NCBI GenBank assembly: GCA_028826165.1
Contig: JAPDFW010000084.1
Coordinates: 325,615 to 348,238, forward strand
Length of the DNA: 22,624 nucleotides
From: Anaeramoeba ignava BMAN
Lineage: Eukaryota > Protista > Anaeramoebae
Reading direction: 5' to 3'
Part shown: piece after piece, positions 12,501 to 21,995 of the stretch
Layout: the number at the start of each line of letters is the position of its first letter
Numbering within the stretch: position 1 is the first letter of the stretch
Position numbers and translations under genes: made by a program
The notes under the pieces: model-generated
The model's input: the letters and a program-made list of their open reading frames with translations, nothing else
Databases searched by the model: none
What the model was told of the DNA's origin: nothing

Positions 12501-13080
12501 GATAGGCAGTTTTTGCATTAATATCAGCACCTTTATCGATTAAGTATTTGAGAATTTCAATTGATTTTTCAACGTGAACTTTTTTTTGGGTTTGGTTCTT
12601 ATTATGATTTATATTTTGACTTTGAATCTGACTTTGACATAGAAAAAACAAAGATGTTTCTCCAAAAGTTCCTTTGGCATCGACATCATTTCCATTCTCA
12701 ATCAAAAATTTTATCAGCTCAAATAAATTTTCATTCCTACTGAAGGTTTGACAAAGAAAATGAAGAGGTGTTTCTTGGGAATATTTTGTTTTGGCATTGA
12801 CATCTGCACCATTTTCCGTTAAATATTGGATCATCTCAAATAGAAATTGATTTGAAGAGAAATCGAAATTGAAATTTAAATCAAAATCAGAATCAAAATT
12901 GTAAGTAAGAACTTTTGAGTTTTCTAGTAAAAATTTCGCAATTTCAGATGGAGATTCATTTCTACAAATTGAATGTAAAATGGTTTTATTGTTTGAATCT
13001 TTTAAATTTATTTGATTTTTCTCTTTACAAAAAAAATCAATTAAATTAAAAAAATTTTGAAAAGAATCTTTTTGGTTCAT
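9576..13080 (-). CDS. Ankyrin-repeat (~21 repeats, mostly 37 aa) + tandem BTB/POZ protein, ~1167 aa; apparent +1 frameshift at 11960-11961
   Basis: Repeated TPLH/ALHLACQYQQNEN..QIIKYLIEKGIDIN units. BTB1 FADFQIECNDGSKFNVHKLIL; BTB2 KDFTIICEDEKEIKVHKLILIIRSDLFKGMF. ORFs 11956-13080 and 9576-11978 join as GID-L-NVQT after removing one C. ATG is preceded by AAAA and TCATTTTT motifs. Confidence 0.9.
10870..12200 (-). repeat. Array of ~111-nt near-identical ankyrin-coding tandem repeats
   Basis: Recurrent GACAAGCTAAATGTAAAGC / TTTTCATTTTGTTGGTATTG on the + strand with ~111-nt period. Confidence 0.9.
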
Positions 13081-13268
13081 TTTTAATAAATGAAAAAATG
13101 AAAAAATGAAATTGAGAAATTTTTTGTTGTTTAAATTTCTTTATTTTCTGATTAAAGAATTTGCTAATCCAAAAAAAAAAAAAATAAAAGTTCACGAGTA
13201 CATTAAAAAATGGTAAAAAAAAAAAGTGGAAAAAAAAAAGAAGAAGAAGAAGAAGAAAAAAGAAAATT

Positions 13269-15385
13269 TTAATTGAAATCATCACTTTCCCAATCATCAT
13301 CTTGATTATCTTGTTGTTCTGCAAATTTTTGTTGTAATTGAGAAATGGAAGCTTTTAAAACTTTGATTTCTTGTTGAGAAGAATTTGCGATTTTTTGGAA
13401 TCTCAATTTATCTTTTGTTGCCTTTTCTAATTTAGAAGAAATTTCGCTGTTTTCAGCAATTAATCTTCTATTTTCATCAAGAAGAGTGTTTTGGATCAGC
13501 ATTAAATCTGAATGTGAGTCTGAATTTGGTTTTGCAATTTTGAGCTGTTCATTTTCTTTTGCAAGATCAGTGTTTTCTTGAATAAGTTTTTCAATTTCTG
13601 TTGTGAGCATATTGTTTGCTTCTACAAGTTGGTTATTCATAGATAATTGCTGAGATAAAGCAACGTTTTCTTGCTTCATTTTATTATTTTCAACCCTCAA
13701 TTTGGCAAGTTCTTCTGTTAATATCTGGTTTGATTGCGACAGGTTTTGATTTTCCACTTTGAGTGTTTGTTCTTGTTCGTATAATTTCTGTAGAAAACTT
13801 TCAATATCTTTTTCTTTTTTGGAAACGTTTTGTTTGAGCTTATCGTGCGTAGACATCATTTCGTCATACGCACTTGTTTTTTCTTGAAGGGTTTGTTTTA
13901 TCTTTTTATTTTCATTCAAAAGTTTGTCGATTTCTTGCGTTAATTTCAAGTTGATTGTGATGAGCGTTGAGTTTGCGCCATTATTTTCGGCGTTATGATC
14001 AGGATTTGTTTCCAGATCAGGCTCCAAAGTATGTTGTTCGGAATTTCGTGTTGGCGAAGGTGCCTTTTTTTCGGGTTTAGAAAGATTATATTTAGGTTTT
14101 CTATTTGGATTGGGGGATTCTTTTGATTCACCGTCTTTAGGCTTTTTTATTCTTAACGGTGTTCTTTTAATAGGTGATTTAGACTTATCAGGACTTGTTG
14201 GTCGGTTCAACTTTTTTTCAATTTCGGATCGATCCTGCGAAATTCGCGGATCAAAACTTTTGGCTTGTGCGCCAAGAACACCTTTGGAAGGAAGTTTCAA
14301 ACTCAGTCTTCTTGTGTTCATTTGACGGCGTTTTTGATGATCCACTTTTCGCAATCCAACGTCTTCAGGGCTATTTCCTTTGGATTCTTTTGGGCCTCGT
14401 GGTTTTGCTGTTTTTCCATCCTTTATTACTCTCTTTGTTGGTGATGGTGATTTGTTTTGTGGTGGTTCTGTTGTTGTTTCGTTAGGTAGTTTAGGTTTTC
14501 TTATTTGTCCTGATATCGCCATAGGTCTTGTTGTTGATGTTCTTTTTACTTTGATTACTTTCTTCACCTTTTTCGGTTTGTCGTTTTCTTGTGATTCTGA
14601 TTCTTCCGTGTTGTTTTCTTCTTTTTTTTCAATTACTTTTGTTACTGTTTCTATTGGTTTTGGTTTTTGTTTTTGTTCTGTTTCTTCGACTTGGAATCCA
14701 ACTTTTTTATCGAGATAAACTTTTCAATTTTAAATTTATAATAAATTTTATAAATTTTATAAATTTTATAAATGAATTTTAATTTTATATTAAATTAAAT
14801 TTTATAAATGAATTTTATAATTTTAATTTTATATTAAATTTAATTTTAATTTTATATTAAATTTTATAAATTAATTTTATGAATGGATTTTAATTTTATA
14901 AATGAATTTTAATTTTAATTTTAATTTTAATTTTATATTAAATTTATAAATGAATTTTAATTTTAATTTAATTTTATGAATGAATTTTAATTTTAATTTT
15001 AATTTTAATTTTATAAATGAATTTTAATTTTTATATTTACGTTGCTCATCAACAAGTTTATTAAAATGTTCTTGACAATAAAATTTCTTATCAAGAAATT
15101 GATAAGAATTAACTGAAAGAGCTTTTTGACAAACACAACATCTTTTAAATTTTTAAATTTTAAATTAAATTTTAAATTAAATTTTTAATTAAATTTTTAA
15201 AGAGAAAAAAAAATTTTTTATAAAATTTGAATTATAATATTTTTTTAATATTTTTTAATATTCTTTTATTCTTACTTAAAACAATTTTTGTGTGCAATAA
15301 ATCCTTTCAAATCAATTTTTTGTGAAGATTTTATTGATAATTCACAAACTGGACAAAGAACTTTTTTTCTTCGAAACATTGACAT
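13269..15385 (-). CDS. LIM-domain + disordered Pro/basic region + coiled-coil protein with acidic DDDW C-terminus, 553 aa; exons 15385-15276, 15141-15041, 14719-13269
   Basis: The spliced N-terminus MSMFRRKKVLCPVCELSIKSSQKIDLKGFIAHKNCFKCCVCQKALSVNSYQFLDKKFYCQEHF is a complete LIM double zinc finger (CxxC..HxxCxxCxxC..CxxH). Junction phases (2 and 1) put exon 3 in frame with ORF 13269-14567, which has a heptad-rich C-terminal half. Confidence 0.9.
14720..15040 (-). other. Intron 2 of LIM gene (321 nt, GTAAAT...GAAAAG), made of AAAATT / AAAATTCATTTAT repeats on the sense strand
   Basis: C + TT = CTT joins DEQ-L-YLDKKVG in frame with the long exon. Confidence 0.87.
15142..15275 (-). other. Intron 1 of LIM gene (134 nt, GTAAGA...TAAAAG)
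   Basis: Splits the LIM domain at CF-K-CCVC; canonical GT/AG with the correct phase. Confidence 0.9.
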
Positions 15386-15678
15386 AAAAAAATAAAAATT
15401 TAAAACCCTTTTTTATTTAATGAAAAAAAAGAAAAATAATAAAAAGAAAAAAATGAAAAAAAATGAAAAATAAAAAAATGAAAAAAAATTTTTTTAAACT
15501 TGAGAACTTGAATTTTATTTATTTTTCCTTTTTTCGTTTCTAAATTAAAAAAAGAAGAAATAAAAATAAAAATAAAAATAAAATTTTAATCAATCAGAAA
15601 AATTTCAATCAATTTTTTTCTTTTGGATAAATAATTAAAAATAGAAAAAGAAAAAGAAAAAAAGAAGAAGAAGAAAAA

Positions 15679-15686
15679 TTACGTCA
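15679..15686. promoter_or_regulatory. CRE/ATF-like element TTACGTCA (TGACGTAA) in the divergent intergenic region
   Basis: bZIP-type ACGT core in a very GC-poor 376-nt spacer between divergent ATGs at 15385 and 15762. Confidence 0.4.
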
Positions 15687-15761
15687 GAAAAGAAATAAAA
15701 TTAAAAATTAAAATTTTAAAATTTTTTCATTTTTTTCTTTTTTAAAAATCAAAAATTAAAA

Positions 15762-16337
15762 ATGGATCACGATCAAGTAAAATCATTAGGAAGAAAAGGA
15801 AGAAGAAATAAAAGAAAAAAAAGAAAAAAAACTGGACATAGATTACATGTATCACCTTGTAGCAAAAGATTAGGAAATTCAATTCAAAAAGGAATTGGAT
15901 GGGGTTTTGCAAATTTAGCAAAATCAAGATTAGATAAAAAATTAGCAAAAGATTTATGCCGGAAATTTGATTCAAATTTCTCAATTTCTGCCAAAGAATT
16001 GGAACAGCAAATCCAAAAAGAACATTCAATTGATAATTCTTCTCATTTTGAAAGATTAATGAAAAACAATCTAAATCACTTTGCAAACAAAGATGAAAAA
16101 ATTGAAAAAAATTCTTATAATGATTTTTTGTTTTCTTCTCAAATTGCAAATGATTTAATTAAAGAATTTGGATTTGAAATGTTCGATCCTTTAGGAGAAG
16201 AAACAAGAAATAATATGATAAATGGAAATGAAAATGAAAATGAAAATGAAATTTTAAGAAATGAATTAACAGATATTATAATAGAACTTCTTGAAGAATA
16301 TGAAATTGTTGATAATGAGAAAGAAAATATTGATTGA
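15762..16337 (+). CDS. Hypothetical protein, 191 aa; basic NLS-like N-terminus (GRKGRRNKRKKRKK) and acidic C-terminus
   Basis: AAAAATG start context, upstream TCATTTTT motif, codon usage and ENENE tract like neighbouring genes; no recognised domain. Confidence 0.7.
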   Translation: MDHDQVKSLGRKGRRNKRKKRKKTGHRLHVSPCSKRLGNSIQKGIGWGFANLAKSRLDKKLAKDLCRKFDSNFSISAKELEQQIQKEHSIDNSSHFERLMKNNLNHFANKDEKIEKNSYNDFLFSSQIANDLIKEFGFEMFDPLGEETRNNMINGNENENENEILRNELTDIIIELLEEYEIVDNEKENID

Positions 16338-16476
16338 TATTCTTTGAAACTTTTTAAAAAAAAACTTATTATTTTCGTTCTTCTTTTTTTTTTTGCTTTT
16401 TTTTTTACAAAATTTTTTTTTTAAATTTATTAAATTCATTTTTTCATTTTTTTTCTTTTTTCTATTTTCTTTAAAA

Positions 16477-17838
16477 ATGAAAATTTTATTGTTTTTATTT
16501 CTGTTTCATTTATTTCTCAATTCTTATCAAGATTGTGCTAGTGATTTTGATTGTCGAACAAGAAAATATCCAGTTTGTGAAAATTCTAATTGTGTTGAAT
16601 GTCGAAATTCATCAGATTGTGATTTTGATTCATATTGCAATACAGACTCTTATGAATGTCAAAAATACAAAGATGATAATAAGTTTAAAAAATTTTGTCA
16701 ATCAGATGATTGTGCTGATAATAATAATGCAGAAGTTTGTGGTGTTTGTAATGGTGGTTATCAATGGACTGGTTCTTGTATTGAATTTAAATGTTATCCA
16801 TGCCAAGTTAATGGTCCTGATTCTGAAATAATGTAATTTAAAATTAAAATTAAAATTCATTTACAAATTAAAATTAAAAATTCATTTACAAATTAAATTC
16901 AAAATTCATTTACAAATTAAAATTAAAATTAAAATTAAATTCAAAATTAAAATTAAAATTAAAATTAAAATTAAAATTAAAATTCATTTACAAATTAAAA
17001 TTAAAATTAAAATTAAAATTAAAATTTAAAATTAAAATTAAAATTAAAATTAAAATTAAAATTAAAATTAAAATTAAAATTCAAAATTAAAAATTCATTT
17101 AAAAATTAAAATTAAAATTAAAATTAAAATTAAAATTAAAATTAAAATTAAAATTAAAATTAAAATTAAAATTAAAATTAAAATTAAAATTAAAATTAAA
17201 ATTAAAATTAAAATTAAAATTTAAAATTAAAATTAAAATTAAAATTAAATTTAAAATTAAAATTAAAATTCAATTAAAATTAAAATTAAAATCAAAATTA
17301 AAATTAAAAATTAAAATTAAAATTAAAATTAAATCAAAATTAAAATTAAAATTAAAATTAAAATTAAAATTCAAAATTCAAAATTAAAAATAAAAATCAA
17401 AATCAAAAATCAAAATTAAAAATTCAAAATTAAAATTAAAATTAAAAAAATTAAAATTAAAATTAAAATTAAAATTAAAATTAAAATTAAAATTAAAAAA
17501 TTAAAATTAAAATTAAAATTAAAATTAAAATTAAAATTAAAATTAAAATTAAAATTAAAATTAAAATTAAAATTAAAATTAAAATTAAAATTAAAATTAA
17601 AATTAAAATTAAAATTAAATTGAAAATAAAATTTAAAAGGCAATCACATAAAGATGTCGCAAGATGTTATCCAAAATCAACATCAGGTTCAGGTGGTTAT
17701 TTAGGTCCATATCAAGCAACTGAAGGAAGACCAAGAGATCTTAAACAAGATTCTCCAACACTTGGATTAATGATGCTTGGTTTTGCATTTGGAATTATGA
17801 CTATTCTTCAATGCATTATTTTCTTTAAAATTCGGTGA
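16477..17838 (+). CDS. Small cysteine-rich type I membrane protein, 184 aa; exons 16477-16832 and 17640-17838
   Basis: Signal peptide MKILLFLFLFHLFLNSYQ; 16 ectodomain Cys (15 in exon 1 + 1 in exon 2, an even number only after splicing); TM helix LGLMMLGFAFGIMTILQCIIFF followed by KIR-stop; phase-2 junction AT|G. Confidence 0.85.
16833..17639 (+). other. Intron of the Cys-rich membrane protein gene (807 nt, GTAATT...TAAAAG), almost pure (AAAATT)n
   Basis: GT at 16833, AG at 17638-17639, frame restored; essentially G-free interior. Confidence 0.87.
16840..17620 (+). repeat. (AAAATT)n microsatellite, >100 units, with interspersed ATTCATTTAC units
   Basis: Direct reading. Confidence 0.95.
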
Positions 17839-18001
17839 ATGTATTTCTCTCTCTCTCTCTCTTTTTTTTGCTTTAAAAATTAATTTTCAATTATTTTTCA
17901 ATTTAAATTCTCTTTTTAGAGAAATAATAAAAATAATAAAAAAAAACAATCATTTTATTTTCTCTTAATTTTTGGATTTTCATTTTTTTTCTTTTTTAAA
18001 A

Positions 18002-19796
18002 ATGAATCAAATATTCTTTTTTGGTTTTGATAAAACTTCAACTAATTTTTTTTTTAAAGACAGAGAATCAAAATCAATTAAAGAAATAACAGAATTATGT
18101 TTTGAAAATGAAAATGAAAATGAAAATGAAAATGAAAATGAAAAACAAATTAAACAAATTTCTTCTTCAAGTTTTTCAACAATTTTCCTTTTTAAAAATG
18201 GAAAAGCAATAGAATATTTAAATGAAAGAGATTCAAATCAAAATCCTTCAAAAATCCAAATTGAAAATATTCAAAAAGTATCTGTTGGTTATGATAATGA
18301 AGCTATTTTAACAAAAGAAGGAAATGTATTTGCCAAAGGAAAAGATATTAATCCAAATAACCTAAAAGAATTTATCAATATTTCATCATTAATTGAAGAT
18401 ACAAATGATAGAATAATTCAAGATATTGTTTCTGGATACAGTTCAATTTACTTATTAACTTCAAATCAAAATGTTTATGGAATTGGTTCAAATCATTATG
18501 GTCAACTTGGTTTTGATTCTAAAACACTTTATGAAACACAAAAACCAATTTTAATGATGAAAAATGTTTCTAAAATATTTTCAGGAAATTCTTCAAATCA
18601 TGTTTTTCTTTTAAATTTAAATCAAGAATTATTTGGATATGGAAGAAATTATCACAGTCCACTTGGATTAGGAGAATCAAGAAAAGAAGAAACAAAAATC
18701 CATAAATTAACCAAAATCCAAAATATTCCAAAAGGTAAAATAATTGATATTAAATGTGGAAGTTGGCATTCAATAATGTTGATTGAAAATGAAAATCAAA
18801 AATCCAAAAAGAAAACTTTATTCAGCTGGTTATTCTCAATTTAATGGACTTGGCAAAAATCAAAATACTTATGAATTTACTGAAATCAAATCATCTTTAT
18901 TTGAAAATGATAATATTATTATTGATTTTTCTGTTGGATATTCTCATACTTTGATTTTAACTTCTAATTCAAAATTAATAGGATTTGGAGATAATTTTTT
19001 AGGTCAATTAGCAAGAGGGAATATAGGACCAGAAAGAAAACCAATTCAAATTAAACTTCCTAAATTAAGATTTAATGAAAATATTTCTGATTATCATATT
19101 TCTTGTGGTGTATCGAATTCATTTCTTTATTATTCTCTTTCTTTTTCCAATCTTGAAGAAGATTTGATAAAATTATTTGAAAGAAAAGAATTTTGTGATA
19201 TTTCATTTAAAACCGAAAATGGAGAAATAATTGAAGCTCATAAATTAATATTGAAATATAGATTAAATCAAAATGAAAATCAAAATCAAATTGAAAAACT
19301 TAAAGAAATTATTTCAAATAAATCAATTAAAGAATCAAATCAAATATTTGAAATGATTTATTCAAACAGAAAAATAAATCCAAAATTATATTCTGAAATT
19401 AAAGAAATTATAAATTCAAATGAAAAAATTGAAGAAACAATTAAAAGAATTTATTTAAATGAAAATGAAAATGAAAAAGATTTTATTATTGAAAGAAAAG
19501 AAAAACAATATAAATTTCCAAAATTAATATTAATAATGAGAAGTGAATTATATCGAGGAATGTTTTTATCTGTTACAAATGATACTTCTAATAAAGTTAC
19601 AGATTATAGTGAATTAAGTAATAAATCATTTCAAATATTAGAATATTGGATTTATTCAAATCAAATCAAAAAAGGAATTGAAATTACACAAGAAATCATT
19701 GATGAAATTAAAATTGGAATTGATTATTTTCAATTAAATCAAACAAATCCAAATTTATTTGATTTATTAATTAAAAAATTTAATAATCAAAATTAA
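18002..19796 (+). CDS. RCC1 + tandem BTB protein, copy 3 (~597 aa; apparent +1 frameshift at A5 run 18798-18802; divergent first ~33 aa)
   Basis: True ATG at 18002 (AAAAATG context); colinear with the paralogues; removing one A gives ENQNPKRKLYSAG. Confidence 0.88.
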
Positions 19797-19879
19797 AATT
19801 AAAATTAAATTCAAAATTAAATTCAAAATCAAAATCTAAAAATATTTTTTCATTTTTTTCATTTTTTTACTTTTTCAAA

Positions 19880-21729
19880 ATGAATGAAATTATATTTTTT
19901 GGTCAAAATCAATATCCAAAACTTTTCAAAAATGAACCAGATATAATAATAAAACCAATTCAATTTAAATTTGAAAATGAAAATGAAAATGAAAATAAAA
20001 AACAAATTAAACAAATTTCAACAGGAAATTTTTCAACAATTTTCCTTTTAAAAATGGAAAAGCAATAGAATATTTAACTGAAAATCCTTATAATCAAAAT
20101 CCTTTTAAAATCCAAATTGAAGAAAATATTCAAAAAGTAACCGTTGGTTTTCAAAATGAAGCTATTTTAACAATAGAAGGAAATGTATTTGCCAAAGGAT
20201 TTAATATTAATTTAAATAATCCAAAAGAATTTATCAATATTTCATCATTAATTGAAAATAAAAATGATAGAATAATTCAAGATATTGTTTCTGGAAGATA
20301 TGCAATTTACTTATTAACTTCAAATCAAAATGCTTATGGAATTGGTTCAAATCAATTTGGTCAACTTGGTTTTGATTCTTATTATAAAACAGAAAAACCA
20401 ATTTTAATGATGAAAAATGTTTCTAAAATATTTTCAGGAAATTCTTCAGATCATGTCTTTCTTTTAAATTCAAATCAAGAATTATTTGGTTGCGGATATA
20501 GTAACTTTGGTCAGCTTGGATTCAGAAAATCAAGAAAAGAAGAAACAAATATCAAAAAATTAACACAAATCCAAAATATTCCAAAAGGCAAAATAATTGA
20601 TATTAAATGTGGATATTTTCATTCAATAATGTTGATTGAAGATGAAAATCGAAATCAAGATCAAGAAAGAAAACTTTATTCATGTGGAAATTATCAATAT
20701 AATGGACTTGGCAAAAAAAAAGGAGATACTTACGAATTTACTGAAATCAAATCATCTTTATTTCAAAATGATGATGTTATTGATTTTTCTGTTGGATATT
20801 CCCATACTTTGATTTTAACAACACATGGAAAGCTTATCGGATTTGGATATAATACTTATGGTCAAGTAGGAATTGAAAATAGAATAGATACTCAATTAAT
20901 TCCAATTCAAATTGAACTTCCTAAATTAAGATTTAATGAAAATATTTACAATTATCATATTCTTTGTGGATATTCCAAATCATTTCTTTATTATTCTCCT
21001 TTTCTTTCTTCTTTTTCCAATATTGAAGAAGATTTGATAAAATTATTTGAAAGAAAAGAATTTTGTGATATTTCATTTAAAACCAAAAATGGAGAAATAA
21101 TTGAAGCTCATAAATTAATATTGAAATATAGATTAAATCAAAACCAAAATCAAATTAAAAAACTTGAAGAAATTATTTCAAAAAAATCAATTAAAGAATC
21201 AAATCAAATATTTGAAATGATTTATTCAAACAAAATAATAAATCCAAAATTATATTTAGAAATTAAAGAAATTATAAATTTAAATGAAAAAATTGAAGAA
21301 ACAATGAAAAGAATTTATTTAAATGAAAATGAAAATGAAAAAGATTTTATAATTGAAAGAAAAGAAAAACAATATAAATTTCCAAAATTAATATTAATAA
21401 TGAGAAGTGAATTATATCGAGGAATGTTTTTATCTGTAACAAATGATACTTCTAATAAAGTTACAGATTATAGTGAATTAAGTAATAAATCATTTCAAAT
21501 TTTTGAATATTGGATTTATTCAAATCAAATCAAAAAAGGAATTCAAATTACACAAGAAATCATTGAAGAAATTCAAATTGGAATTGATTATTTTCAATTA
21601 AATCAAACAAATCCAAATTTATTTGATTTATTAATTAATAAATTTAATAATCAAAATCAAAATCAAAATCAAAATCAAAATCAAATTGAAAAAGAGGAAG
21701 AAAAAGAAAAAAAATGTTTAATTTTTTAA
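19880..21729 (+). CDS. RCC1 + tandem BTB protein, copy 4, with C-terminal CaaX (CLIF), ~616 aa; apparent -1 frameshift at T4 run 20046-20049
   Basis: Paralogues have T5 here (CTT TTT AAA AAT). After correction the frame is open from 20050 into ORF 20407-21729, which ends NQNQNQIEKEEEKEKKCLIF-stop. Confidence 0.88.
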
Positions 21730-21995
21730 TAAGAAATAATTGAAGAAATTAAAATTGGAATTGATTATTTTCAATTAAATCAAACAAATCCAAATTTATT
21801 TGATTTATTAATTAATAAATTTAATAATCAAAATCAAAATCAAAATCAAAATCAAAATCAAAATCAAATTGAAAAAGAGGAAGAAAAAGAAAAAAAATGT
21901 TTAATTTTTTAATAAGAAATCATTGAAGAAATTCAAATTGGAATTGATTATTTTCAATTAAATGAAACAAATCCAAATTTATTTGATTTATTAAT
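21553..21995 (+). repeat. Tandem ~2.5x repeat of the RCC1-BTB C-terminal/CaaX cassette (units 21553-21729, 21730-21912, partial 21913-21995)
   Basis: 177- and 183-nt units (differing by one AATCAA hexamer), all in the same frame and separated by TAA TAA. Confidence 0.92.

Noticed and set aside
2450-16831. Short overlapping or antisense ORFs (e.g. 2450-2689, 3136-3339, 3513-3884, 4197-4445, 6030-6287, 14110-14782 set, 15742-16149, 16535-16831, 13046-13324)
   Set aside because: Shadow frames of well-supported genes or poly-T spacer translations, mostly with non-ATG starts and no domain motifs.
16855-16991. ATTCATTTAC units are the exact reverse complement of the WDR7 intron-2 donor GTAAATGAAT (trans-pairing or antisense splice sites)
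   Set aside because: A 10-nt match in extremely low-complexity AT sequence, with no antisense exon evidence.
16840-17620. Telomeric repeat, or ORF 17416-17643(-) FNFN
   Set aside because: Internal, G-free and bounded by functional GT/AG; it is an intron microsatellite.
6487-18844. Euplotes-style stop-codon-triggered +1 programmed frameshifting
   Set aside because: Fits only two sites (AGA TAA at 6491-6496; CCT TAA in the ankyrin gene). In copies 2 and 3 conserved motifs already lie in the shifted frame well before the first stop, and copy 4 needs -1.
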